Source of the DNA: Macrostomum hystrix
Lineage: Eukaryota > Animalia > Platyhelminthes
NCBI GenBank assembly: GCA_950097015.1
Contig: CATNEN010000039.1
Span: forward strand, 12,462,001-12,526,000
Length of the DNA stretch: 64,000 nucleotides
Direction of reading: 5' to 3'
Shown here: positions 48,548 to 60,758 of the stretch, piece by piece
Numbering within the stretch: the stretch's first letter is position 1
Layout of the letters: each line of letters starts with the position of its first letter
The notes under the pieces: model-generated
The model's input: only the letters and a program-made list of their open reading frames with translations
Databases searched by the model: none
What the model was told of the DNA's origin: nothing
Translations under genes and position numbers: made by a program

Positions 48548-50295
48548 ATGGCCGCACCAGACCCCAGTCTGTGCACTCAGTGCGGTCACCAGCCAGCTGA
48601 ATTTGTTTGCCAAGAAGCGGCTGAATGCCACGGCAAATTGCTCTGCGACAACTGCGAACTGGACTGGCACAGTGCCTGCCGTGAGAGGCGCGGACACTGG
48701 CCCATTGTGAGATTCGCTTTTTTGGAACAAATGAGAGAATTATGTCAAGCTTGAATCAGATTCTCGAGATGCAGTGGAGATAATTTAAAGTATAATTAAT
48801 CTGAATTGGAAGCTAGATCTGTTATTGAATACCTGCTAGAAAGGAAGTTGTAGCCCTCTTGTTAGAGCGTCTGACTCACGACTTCAAGGTCGTGGGTTCG
48901 ATTCCCGACTCCACTGGAACAATTTGTATCATTTAGAAAGACACTTAACAAGAAACTCTTCATTGCTTCAGCTTGCCCAGCTGTTAAATGGGTGCCAGCA
49001 TAAGCTAAGGTAATTAGCATAAGGTAATTGAGGGTGTGTGTGGCGTCCCCCCAGTCCATGGACTGAACAGCCGTACGCAGCCTTTATATACTCCGCACAA
49101 TAGCTGCGGCTGTGCTGTCGGCTGCACATCTGGCCCTGTTGGGGCAGGTGTAATCAATTATTAGAATTATAACACCTGCTAGAGTATGTGGTTTATTAAT
49201 GAAAGCTTTGGAATTATAATCGGGTAGGTCGCGAGTTCGATTCTCTGCTCAAAGACTAAATAATAATTAATAATTGCTGGAGGGCTGCGGGCAATGGCAC
49301 ATCATTTAGTGACACTAGATCCACAGCCAGCGAGGAGGCAATTCTGTTCATTTCGCTGACTCCTGAGCACACACACACAGATACTGTACGCAGGCACACG
49401 CTCACACAGGTGTGTACATCTGCCCTGACTTTCTCATCGTCAGGCAGTGTACTCGTACACTCTCATTGTGCCTTGGAGGTTGGCCCTCAAGGGCGTAAAT
49501 TGCACGACAAGCCCCCAAGCCTTCTCTCCGCGGCCGCGCCCCAAATGAATGTGGCCTCGCCGCGGAATCGAGCTCATGGACTTTGGTGCGAGAGGCGAAC
49601 GTGTATACCGCTCTGCCACCGACCCCCTTGCTCAAAGAGAGTTCAGTTCGGGCCCTTTAGCAAGACAATTGTTTCGTCCTTGTTTCAGTTTATCAAGCTG
49701 TAAAACCGATACAGGCGTCAGATGGGGGTAGAAATTTACAGTATGTGGTTGTAGAGGACTTCCCAGTCCATGGACTGAACAGCTGAACACAGCGATTGGA
49801 CGCGCTGCTTAATAGCTGCGGCTGGGTACACATTGGCCTACATTGACGCCGCTGCAGGTACACCTGCCAGAGCGCAATCGTCTAGTTTGGAACTGTCCGC
49901 ACTGCACCTTTACTAACGAGGACGTTGTGTCGCCGGCTAGTCGCTTAGGCAATCATCGCCTCGACTGTCGCCTCTGTCTGGCTACCTGCGCCGAGGACGT
50001 CAGCGTCAGCGGCGTCTGGCTGTCGTCACGGCGTGCGGCTGACCATCTGGTCAGCGAAGCTCGACTAGCCAGCGAGCTGCAGTCGATCGTCAGACAGCAG
50101 GAGGACTTCATCGCTGAGCTGACTCGCCGACTTGAGACTGCTCAGAGGCGACTGTCTGCTTCGTCTGTGCAGACTCAAAGTCAGCAACAGCAGCCGCACC
50201 AGCGTGTTCTTCAGCGCAGTCAATCGACCACCGCGCCTACGTTGAGTAAATCGAAGGGATCGCGTCGTTCCAGCGCCCCTACCAATCGTTGCTAG
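48548..50295 (+). CDS. B-box plus NZF plus coiled-coil protein (HOIP N-terminal-like module), ~198 aa; exons 48548-48706 and 49858-50295
   Basis: LCTQCGHQPAEFVC...C..LLCDNCELDWH...RRGH | VHLPERNRLVWNCPHCTFTN...CRLC, then coiled coil. Phase-0 GTGAGA/CTGCAG intron. Confidence 0.78.
48846..49155 (+). mobile_element. CORE-type SINE family B (intronic)
   Basis: Matches 18929-19230. Confidence 0.83.
49271..49627 (-). mobile_element. SINE family A (intronic)
   Basis: Near full-length reverse complement of 40893-41255. Confidence 0.86.
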
Positions 50296-50637
50296 TTAGC
50301 GATGTTGCTACTGACTACTATTCCTTAAAAAGGAAATTCCTTGCCTTGTTTAGTAGGCTGTCTACTAAAACCACGAAATTAATGTATGCAATAGATAATT
50401 TGCAGTCATTTTATTGCAATTAACTGATTTTTTCGATTTTCTACATTATAAATCTCAGTATTTTATTTTTTAGCAGCACTTCTTTTTTAAGCTATTTTTT
50501 GTACTTGTTTTAGATTTAATAAAATACAATTAAAAAAATACTTAAATTCAATGCAAATTCTTATCAATCAGTGCATCTATGTTGGGTTGAATTTATACCT
50601 CCTAGCTTTCCCCAAATTTAGTCTCCATTATCCATCA

Positions 50638-51872
50638 GTTTGGGTCACTGCTCAAGTTGGGTCACTGCTCAGGTTGGGTCACTGCTCAAGTTGGGTCACT
50701 GCTCAGTTTGGGTCACTGCTCACGCTGGGTCACTGCTCAGGTTGGGGCACTGCTCAAGTTGGGTCACTGCTCAGGTTGTGTCTCTACTCAGGTTGAGTCA
50801 CTGCTCAGGTTGGGTCACTGCTCAGGTTGTGTCACTGCTCAGGTTGTGTCACTGCTCAGGTTGGGTCACTGCTCAGGTTGTGTCTCTACTCAGGTTGTGT
50901 CTCTACTCAGGTTGAGTCACTGCTCAGGTTGGGTCACTGCTCAGGTTGTGTCACTGCTCAGGTTGGGTCACTGCCCAGGTTGAGTCTCTACTCAGGTTGG
51001 GTCTCTACTCAGGTTGGGTCACTGCTCAGGTTGGGTCACTGCTCAGGTTGTGTCTCTACTCAGGTTGAGTCACTGCTCAGGTTGGGTCACTGCTCAAGTT
51101 GGGTCACTGCTCAGTTTGGGTCACTGCTCACGCTGGGTCACTGCTCAGGTTGGGGCACTGCTCAAGTTGGGTCACTGCTCAGGTTGTGTCTCTACTCAGG
51201 TTGAGTCACTGCTCAGGTTGGGTCACTGCTCAGGTTGTGTCACTGCTCAGGTTGTGTCACTGCTCAGGTTGGGTCACTGCTCAGGTTGTGTCTCTACTCA
51301 GGTTGTGTCTCTACTCAGGTTGTGTCTCTACTCAGGTTGAGTCACTGCTCAGGTTGGGTCACTGCTCAGGTTGTGTCACTGCTCAGGTTGGGTCACTGCT
51401 CAGGTTGAGTCTCTACTCAGGTTGGGTCTCTACTCAGGTTGGGTCACTGCTCAGGTTGGGTCACTGCTCAGGTTGTGTCTCTACTCAGGTTGAGTCACTG
51501 CTCAGGTTGGGTCACTGCTCAGGTTGTGTCTCTACTCAGGTTGAGTCACTGCTCAGGTTGGGTCACTGCTCAGGTTAGGTCACTGCTCAGGTTGGGTCAC
51601 TGCTCAGGTTGTGTCTCTACTCAGGTTGAGTCACTGCTCAGGTTGGGTCACTGCTCAGGTTAGGTCACTACTCAGGTTGTGTCTCTACTTAGGCTGGGTC
51701 ACTGCTCAGGTTTGGTCACTGCTCAGGTTAGGTCACTGCTCAGGTTGGGTCTCTACTTAGGCTGGGTCACTGCTCAGGTTTGGTCACTGCTCAGGTTAGG
51801 TCACTGCTCAGGTTAGGTCACTGCTCAGGTTGGGTCTCTACTTAGGCTGGGTCACTGGTCAGGTTTGGTCAC
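50638..51872. repeat. 17-bp satellite (GGTCACTGCTCAGGTTG / TGTCTCTACTCAGGTTG variants)
   Basis: Seen directly; about 70 units with two interspersed variants. Confidence 0.95.
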
Positions 51873-51915
51873 CATTGTCCTGAAATTATTAGCCAATCTG
51901 TTATTTGTTTTCCAG

Positions 51916-54541
51916 TCGGAGCACGCGGAACTTGCCAGCAGTGTCGGCAATAATCCGAGCGATCGAAGCTCGTCAGAGAGGATTGCTACCGCTGGCGAGA
52001 GTCTAGACCAAGTTGGAACATCAAGTTCTTAAAGTTTCCATGTTAGTAGCTGCAGTAGCAGCAGAAGCAGCGGATTAGATAGTGACACCCTGCACCTAAG
52101 TAAGCAGCTTGAACAACAGCGGCGCAGAGTTGCTGACTTGGAAGACACTTTAAAGAGCGCTAAGCAACGAGTCGCTTTTGTTGAGAGGAAGCTGATATTC
52201 GAAAAACGAAGAGAAAGACATTTAAATGAGTTGATGCTCAAATGCGTGAATCGATCGAAACGTTCAAGAAGAAAGAAAAAAGCTAAACCAAAGATATTAG
52301 AGGCTGCTGGTTATAAACAAGTATCTTCCGAATTCGGAAACCAACAATTGGTAATTAATGAGAGTTCCGATTCCAGTTCCACTATTGTTGAAGCTGATAT
52401 GATCAGTGAGTTTAAAAGCAGAGGAGAAAACTTCTCTGAAAGTCCGCAAAGCCAGTTTTCGTCAGAAAGAAAAAACTGTATCACTGAGTCGGAGGCTAAA
52501 AAGGGGACGCCTGTGCGACATAACATTGAGAAGGGAAAAAACCGCCAAATATCAAGCAGAGACAGAGGCAGAGGCAGCAAGAAAGAGAAAAACAACAACG
52601 ATTACAGAAAGAGAGGGAGGAGCTAGAACTATTCAAGGAGAGAGAAAAAAAGAGCGATTACAGAACGAGAGACAAGGACAAGAGCGATTGCGGAAGGAGA
52701 GAGAAGAACAAGAACGGTTGCGGAAGGAGAGAGAAGAACAAGAACGGTTGCGGAAGGAGAGAGAAGAACAAGAACGACTGCAGAAAGAGAGAGAAGAACA
52801 AGAACGGTTGCAGAAAGAGAGAGAAGAACAAGAACGGTTGCAGAAAGAGAGAGAAGAACAAGAACGGTTGCAGAAAGAGAGAGAAGAACAAGAACGGTTG
52901 CGGAAGGAGAGAGAAGAACAAGAACGACTGCGGAAGGAGAGAGAAGAACAAGAACGACTGCGGAAGGAGAGAGAAGAACAAGAACGACTGCAGAAAGAGA
53001 GAGAAGAACAAGAACGGTTGCAGAAAGAGAGAGAAGAACAAGAACGGTTGCAGAAAGAGAGAGAAGAACAAGAACGGTTGCGGAAGGAGAGAGAAGAACA
53101 AGAACGACTGCAGAAAGAGCGAGAAGAACAAGAACGGTTGCAGAAAGAGAGAGAAGAACAAGAGCGATCGCAGGAGAGAGAAGAACAAGAACGGTTGCAG
53201 AAAGAGAGAGAAGAAGAACAAGAACGATTATTTAATAATCGGCAATCAGGTTTGAATGCTGTTCAAAAGCAGAAATGTTTCTATGACCAAGGTAAATCTA
53301 TTGTTTCAAGCAGAGCTGCCCAATTTGATTGCAACTCTTCCTTTTGCACCGTACCGGTGAAATGCTCTCACTGTGGCAGAGAACGGAACTATTCTGGTCG
53401 TATCGATGTTGTTCGCATAGAATGCGTATATCGTCTGTGCCTTCAAGCGACCTGTCTCAAATGTCGGAAGCCCTGGGAAGATGCACATGATTGCCAATCA
53501 AGCAAAGAAAATCTAAATAGCCGTATCTCTGGCTTATCCGAATACCAGACGCTCCTTCCTGAAAGCTTTTACAAATGTGCAGCGCACTCAGGATTTGTTT
53601 CGAAAAAAGAATTAAACTGTAACGAGCAGCTATTAAGAAAAGAAGAAAAAACTGAGCCATGGCGAAAGAGTAAAATGGAATCGCATCGACGAATTGATAA
53701 AACACAAGAGCGACTGCAGAATGAGCGAGAAGAACAGGAGCGATTTCAGGAAGAGAGAGAAGAACAAGAACGGTTGCAGAAAGAGCGAGAAGAACAGGAG
53801 CGATTTCAGGAAGAGAGAGAAGAACAAGAACGGTTGCAGAAAGAGCGAGAAGAACAGGAGCGATTTCAGGAAGAGAGAGAAGAACAAGAACGACTGCAGA
53901 AAGAGCGAGAAGAACAAGAACGACTGCAGAAAGAGAGAGAAGAACAAGAACGACTGCAGAAAGAGAGAGAAGAACAAGAACGACTGCAGAAAGAGAGAGA
54001 AGAACAGGAGCGATTTCAGGAAGAGAGAGAAGAACAAGAACGACTGCAGAAAGAGCGAGAAGAACAAGAACGACTGCAGAAAGAGCGAGAAGAACAAGAA
54101 CGACTGCAGAAAGAGCGAGAAGAACAAGAGCGACTTCAGAAAGAGAGAGAAAATCAAGAACGGTTGCAGAAAGAGAGGGAAGAACAAGAGCGATCGCAGA
54201 AAGAGAGAGAAGAAGAACAAGAACGGTTGCAGAAAGAGAGAGAAGAAGAACAAGAACGATTATTTAATAATCGGCAATCAGGTTTGAATGCTGTACACAA
54301 GCAGAAATGTTTCTATGACCAAGGTAAATCTATTGTTTTAAGCAGAGCTGCCCAATTTGATTGCAACTCTTCCTTTTGCACCGTACCGGTGAAATGCTCT
54401 CACTGTGGCAGAGAACGGAACTATTCTGGTCGTATCGATGTTGTTCGCATAGAATGCGTATATCGTCTGTGCCTTCAAGCGACCTGTCTCAAATGTCGGA
54501 AGCCCTGGGACGACGGGCATCGAGTTTCGTGCAGTGGATAA
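51916..54541 (+). pseudogene. Coiled coil-SAH-IBR-SAH-IBR unit, copy 1 (disrupted)
   Basis: Acceptor TTCCAG at 51910-51915; in-frame TAA at 52030 (AAA in copy 2); frame changes at 52533-52542 and at the A-run 52645-52651. (KEREEQERLQ)n blocks are each followed by IBR-like CSHCG...C...C..TCLKCRKPWE..H. Confidence 0.7.
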
Positions 54542-54796
54542 TTTTGTATTGCTATTTCGACTAATGATTATCAGTTTTATATAGAGTATATACGAGTATA
54601 TAATATTTAACTGCCGATTGTAGTTATTGGTGCTTTCTGTAGAATTTTAAATCAGAACAAACCAATTATTCTTCATTTGCTTAGTTTATTTTTTATATGA
54701 AAAGTGTTTTGCTGATCTGAAGTTTGGCTAATGCTACGTACCTCTTCGTATGCTATACTCTAGTTCTTATCTACATTCTGAATGCTACCGCCGAAA

Positions 54797-55060
54797 TCAG
54801 GCCACATGTACAGATGCAGCTGTTGCGCGGCGCATTTGAGGGCTGCGTACGGACTTTCAGTCCATAGAACTGGGGGGACGTCACACCCACTCTCAATTAC
54901 TTCAGCTGGTGCTGGTACCCATTTAACAGCTGTGTAAACTGAAGCAAAGCAGATTTAGTGCCTTGCTTAATGGCACCAATTGTTCCAGTGGACTCCGAAA
55001 ACGAATCCCCGATCTACAAGAGCGTCTAGAGTCGGACGCTCCAACTACTAGACTACAATC
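54797..55060 (-). mobile_element. CORE-type SINE family B
   Basis: Reverse complement of 18929-19230 (GGTACCCATTTAACAGCTG...CCTTGCTTAA...TCGGACGC). Confidence 0.8.
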
Positions 55061-56607
55061 TCCTAAATTTTAATCGATTGGCAAGAAACATTATTGATGA
55101 CTTTAGAAATCCAAGGAACTTCTCAATAAAAATGTGTTAACCACCGGCCCCTTAGAAAGAGCAAGGCGAACGCACAAAGAATGGCAGCGAGCACAAAGCG
55201 GATGGCAGCAAGCACAAAGCGGATGGCAGCGAGCCAGCAGGTCGAGGCGGGGAAAGCGACCCCAGTCAAGCGAGTGTATATTTGCAAGCAATGAATGGCA
55301 AATAAAAAGAAAAAATGAACGGTTAAGATTAACAAAAAAAAATTTGGCGCACGCGTGCAGGGGCAGCGAGATTGAACGGCAGGACAGACAGAGGGGCGGC
55401 TTAAAAACCCCGCGCGCGCGCACAGGCGGAGGAAGGGGTGGGGGGTTAACACACTTTACCCAGAGAGCCCGCAGAGCAGGCCCTGAGTAAAGTACACAGT
55501 AGTCTCAACTCGACGCTCTTGTAGTGAGCCTTCTGGCATAAACTTTTAATTGGTCTCCAGCTTGCGTTTCTAGAGTAGCTCAGATTCGCAGCTTGTTGCT
55601 TCTAAAAGACGTTTTCAGATATTTTTCCGCCTTGCGTTTTTCGGGTGACATTTTTAAAGAGCTTGCAGCTTCAGAGTAGCTTCTACAGATTTTTTTTGTA
55701 AAACGGGCTAGTAATTACATGTTTTTATAAGGCCTAGATGTGATTTTTTGCGAGAAGTTACAAAACTTTTATTTCGCACCTAGATTTCAAGTTGTGCATA
55801 ATGTAGGTGTGCTTTATAACCGAGTACCTTGCAGATAGAGTCTTTATTTTTCATCAGCTTTTAGCCTTGCGTCTCAAAGATAGACTTTGTTGGCGCCAGG
55901 TTTTACTACAAAGTATCGCATAATTTACTCCTATCTGTTTTTGTTCGCAGTTTTCAATCCGTCTTCCCCTGACAACTTTATTCTGTTTCAGATAGTTTTT
56001 TATGACGTAATTTTTTGTTTTATCCTTTTTTCAGCTCAATCTTCCCTTTCCAGATGTATTCTAGCTTTTGCTTGGTTTAAAAAAAATAAAAATGTCGTTT
56101 TGACTTGCACGCAAATTTAGACTTTCGTTTTTTCTTAACATTTGATAGAAAATTAAACATTCAGAAAATTAATCAGCACCTCTGTAGCACTACAACGCAA
56201 CCACTTTGGTTTTCTGAGCGGGTCAATTCAATACTACTCGTATTTATTCCTCATTTTATATTATTGAACCCAGTATTGATTTGCCAAAGAGGTTTATACA
56301 GAACAGTGGTAGTTGTCCTTGTCACCAGGGTTCTTTGACAGGAGTCGCTGAATATCTAGACGACGCTGACGTCAGACGGCTTTGAAAGTCAGTTCATTGT
56401 AAAAAGTGGAAAATTTTGATTCATATGGTTGAGTTTCACAAACTCGGTCATTCGGTTTGGGAGCTATCGTGAAGTAGACAGCGTGTATTTGAAATACCCC
56501 CGTGGTTTTTCTACTGTTATTAGAATCGATTGTACTCGTATTAATCCGAGTATATTGTTTCATTAAAAATTTCAGCTCTTTCTGAACTGCCAATATCAGA
56601 CAGAATT

Positions 56608-59036
56608 ATGTCAGACGGTCAGCACTGTCTCCAGCTGTGCCACCTCTGTGGCAGCCAGCCAGCCGTGTTCTCCTGCTCATCCGTGGACTGTCCCGATCGT
56701 CAGCTGCTGTGCGAAGCCTGCGACATCGACTGGCACGGACGCACAGAAGAGCGACGGCGGCATCGAAGGCAGGTGAGCCAGATTCTAGTATTTGTGCGGC
56801 TAGATTGTCCTAAATGCCATTTGTCTCTAGCGTCATTTTGTCAGATGCCATTATCTCAAATTCCATTGTGTTAACTGCTATAGTCTCTAGGACCATTATC
56901 TTCAGTGTCAGTATGTGAAATGCCATTGTCTCAAACTGAATTGTCGCAATGTCTCTGCTGTCTAACAATGAATCTAAGTCAGCAATTTAACTTTCAGATA
57001 CACCTGGCGGAGGCGGCCATGGTCTCGTGGAGCTGCACCCACTGCACATTCTCCACCAACCAGCGGGTGTTAGTTGCAACAGATCTACCTCAAACTCTAA
57101 TTTGCCAGCTGTGCGATGCTCATTGCGCAGAGATTCAAAGCGTTGGCGGCCTTCTCTGCTCAGTCAGAGTTGCCGGGCAGATCAGAAGTGACGCGGCTAA
57201 AATCGACCAACTGACTGCTCAGTTGAATGAGCTGAGACAGCAGCTGGCTGATAAGGAGGCTCAAGTGCAGAGAGCTGAGCTGGTTGCTGTTCAAGAGGCC
57301 GGTAGAAGGCTGGAGGCGCTGGCACTGCTGAAGAAGTTTGAGCATGAAAAAATCATGATAATGGCAGATGTTGACAAAGAGAGAACGCTGAAACAGGAAA
57401 CAGAGAACAGGCAGAGAGAGTTGCCGCAGAAGCTGGAATCGAACTCTGGCATATCAGGCGATTCTCCAAGCGGGACGAATCGACGAGGCAGGGATCCGCA
57501 AGGAAAGCATTCAAGAGTCGGGCCGGATTCATCAGAAGCAGTGAGTCTACCATTGCAGCAGAAGCATGATCCCGAACAGTTGTACCTGCAACAGTTGTCA
57601 GAGAAAGAGATGCAGGCGCAGAGAGCTGAGTTGCTGGCCGTTGAGGAGGTTCTGAGGCGGCAAGAAGCCCAGGCTCAGCTGCGGCAGGCGGAGCAGCAGA
57701 GTCAGGAGCTTCAAGCGCGGCTGGTGGAGCAGGAGAGGCAAAGGTTGGAGATCGAAAAGCGTTTGCAGCGAGAGGCCAGAGAGAAGCAGCTGCTGCAGTC
57801 CATTGTGAAAGAGCAGGAGCGAGCGGAGAATGAGCGAAGGAGACGCGAGCAGCAGGCGAGAATTGAGGAAGAGAAGCTTAAGAGAGCGGAAGAAGACAGA
57901 CTGCAGAAGGAGAAAGAAGAAGCTGAGCAGAGTAGGCTGGAGAGAGAAGCGGCTGAGCAGAGGCAGCTGAGCGGAGGCGGCTGGAGAGAGAAGCGGCTGA
58001 GCGGAGGCGGCTGGAGAGAGAAGTGGCTGAGCGGAAGCGGCTGGTGAGAGAAGAGGCTGAGCGGAGGCGGCTGGAGAGAGAAGAGGCTGAGCGGAGGCGG
58101 CTGGAGAGAGAAGAGGCTGAGCGGAGGCGGCTGGTGAGAGAAGAGGCTGAGCGGAGGCGGCTGGAGAGAGAAGAGGCTGAGCGGAGGCGGCTGGTGAGAG
58201 AAGCGGCTGAGCGGAGGCGGCTGGTGAGAGAAGAGACTGAGCGGAGGCGGCTGGAGAGAGAAGCGGCTGAGCGGAGGCGGCTGGTGAGAGAAGAGGCTGA
58301 GCGGAGGCGGCTGGAGAGAGAAGAGGCTGAGCGGAGGCGGCTGGTGAGAGAAGCGGCTGAGCGGAGGCGGCTGGTGAGAGAAGAGGCTGAGCAAAGGAGG
58401 CGAGAGAAAGAAGAGGCTGAGCAAAGGAGGCGAGAAAAAGAAGAGGCTGAGCAAAGGAGGCGAGAGGAAGAAGAGGCTGAGCAAAGGAGGCGAGAGAAAG
58501 AAGAGGCTGAGCAAAGGAGGCAGAATGACGTTGCGGCTGAGTGGATGCGACTAGAGAAAAATCAGCCTGATCTTTGGGAGCTGACGAATGTCGAAGCTGA
58601 GCGGTTGAGAGGAAAGAGAGAAAATGCTGATCGGATAAAGAGAGAAATAGATAAAGACCGATGGAGAGACAATGAAGGATATGAAAGGCAGGCAATAGGG
58701 GGCGAACGCAGTTGGCAGATGTCAGCAGTATTATCTGCAGTGTCGGGAGCCAACAGCTATTCTGCTCGGGGTGGAACAGAGATCTCTACCCGACCGCAAC
58801 GGACACTCAATTCTGTAGCTGATGAAATGGCTATCAACGGAGTGCAAGGTCCCGAACGACATTTCCCAGTAACGGACTCACAGCGCAACTACCGACAGAC
58901 TGAGCATTTCCACCTTGCATCTAATGCACCAGATAATATAAATGAGACTTACACTTCAGAGAAATCTGACGAGTTTGAAGACTTTTTGTCTTCAAAGCCA
59001 GCTCGAATTAAAGGCAGATCTTTAAAAGATCTTTAA
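56608..59036 (+). CDS. Chimeric B-box | NZF-coiled coil-ER/K SAH gene; exons 56608-56772 and 56998-59036, frameshift at ~57965
   Basis: LCHLCGSQPA...LLCEACDIDWHG...RRRH | IHLAEAAMVSWSCTHCTF...CQLC. From 57435 it is nearly identical to paralog 3 (38262-39873). The frame breaks within the repeat, so it may be a pseudogene or an assembly error. Confidence 0.7.
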
Positions 59037-59237
59037 TTAAAAGCTATTTTTTGTACTCGTTTTAGTTTTAATAAAATACAATTGAAAAAAAACTTAAATT
59101 CAATGCAAATTCTTATCAATTTGTTGATAAGATCTTGATAAGATTCTTGATTCTTGATAAGATAAGATTCTTATCATCTATGTTGGGTTGAATTTATACC
59201 TCCTAGCTTTCCCCAAATTTAGTCTCCATTATCCATC

Positions 59238-60715
59238 AGTTTGGGTCACTGCTCACGCTGGGGCACTGCTCAAGTTGGGTCACTGCTCAGGTTAGGTCAC
59301 TGCTCAGGTTGTGTCTCTACTCAGGTTGAGTCACTGCTCAGGTTGTGTCTCTACTCAGGTTGGGTCACTGCTCAGGTTGGGTCACTGCTCAGGTTGTGTC
59401 TCTACTCAGGTTGAGTCACTGCTCAGGTTGTGTCTCTACTCAGGTTGAGTCACTGCTCAGGTTGTGTCTCTACTCAGGTTGAGTCACTGCTCAGGTTGTG
59501 TCTCTACTCAGGTTGAGTCACTGCTCAGGTTGTGTCTCTCCTCAGGTTGAGTCACTGCTCAGGTTGTGTCTCTACTCAGGTTGAGTCACTGCTCAGGTTG
59601 TGTCTCTACTCAGATTGGGTCACTGCTCAGGTTAATTGGGTCACTGCTCAGGTTGAGTCTCTACTCAGGTTGTGTCTCTACTCAGGTTGGGTCACTGCTC
59701 AGGTTGGGTCACTGCTCAGGTTGTGTCTCTACTCAGGTTGTGTCTCTACTCAGGTTGGGTCACTGCTCAGGTTGAGTCTCTACTCAGGTTGTGTCTCTAC
59801 TCAGGTTGGGTCACTGCTCAGGTTGTGTCACTGCTCAGGTTGTGTCTCTACTCAGGTTGGTTCACTGCTCAGGTTGTGTCTCTACTCAGGTTGTGTCTCT
59901 ACTCAGGTTGGGTCACTGCTCAGGTTGAGTCTCTACTCAGGTTGTGTCTCTACTCAGGTTGGGTCACTGCTCAGGTTGGGTCACTGCTCAGGTTGTGTCT
60001 CTACTCAGGTTGGGTCACTGCTCAGGTTGTGTCTCTACTCAGGTTGAGTCACTGCTCAGGTTGTGTCTCTACTCAGGTTGGGTCACTGCTCAGGTTGGGT
60101 CACTGCTCAGGTTGGGTCACTGCTCAGGTTGGGTCACTGCTCAGGTTGTGTCTCTACTCAGGTTGGGTCACTGCTCAGGTTGTGTCTCTACTCAGGTTGG
60201 GTCACTGCTCAGGTTGGGTCACTGCTCAGGTTGGGTCACTGCTCAGGTTGGGTCACTGCTCAGGTTGGGTCACTGCTCAGGTTGGGTCACTGCTCAGGTT
60301 GAGTCTCTACTCAGGTTGTGTCTCTACTCAGGTTGGGTCACTGCTCAGGTTGGGTCACTGCTCAGGTTGGGTCACTGCTCAGGTTGAGTCTCTACTCAGG
60401 TTGTGTCTCTACTCAGGTTGGGTCACTGCTCAGGTTGGGTCTCTACTCAGGTTGAGTCACTGCTCAGGTTGGGTCACTGCTCAGGTTGTGTCTCTACTCA
60501 GGTTGTGTCACTGCTCAGGTTGTGTTTCTACTCAGGTTGGGTCACTGCTCAGGTTGTGTCTCTACTCAGGCTGTGTCTCTACTCAGGTTGTGTCACTGCT
60601 CAGGTTGGGTCACTGCTCAGGTTGGGTCTCTACTTAGGCTGGGTCACTGCTCAGGTTGTGTCTCTACTCAGGTTGAGTCACTGCTCAGGTTGGGTCACTG
60701 CTCAGGTTTGGTCAC
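59238..60715. repeat. 17-bp satellite, second array
   Basis: Same units as 50638-51872, longer and in a different variant order. Confidence 0.95.
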
Positions 60716-60758
60716 CATTGTCCTGAAATTATTAGCCAATCTGTTATTTGTTTTCCAG

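Noticed and set aside
50295-51916. Splicing of the 48548 gene onto the 51916 SAH-IBR exon
   Set aside because: Attractive because it would mimic paralog 3, but no convincing phase-0 donor was found before the stop at 50293-50295; left unresolved.
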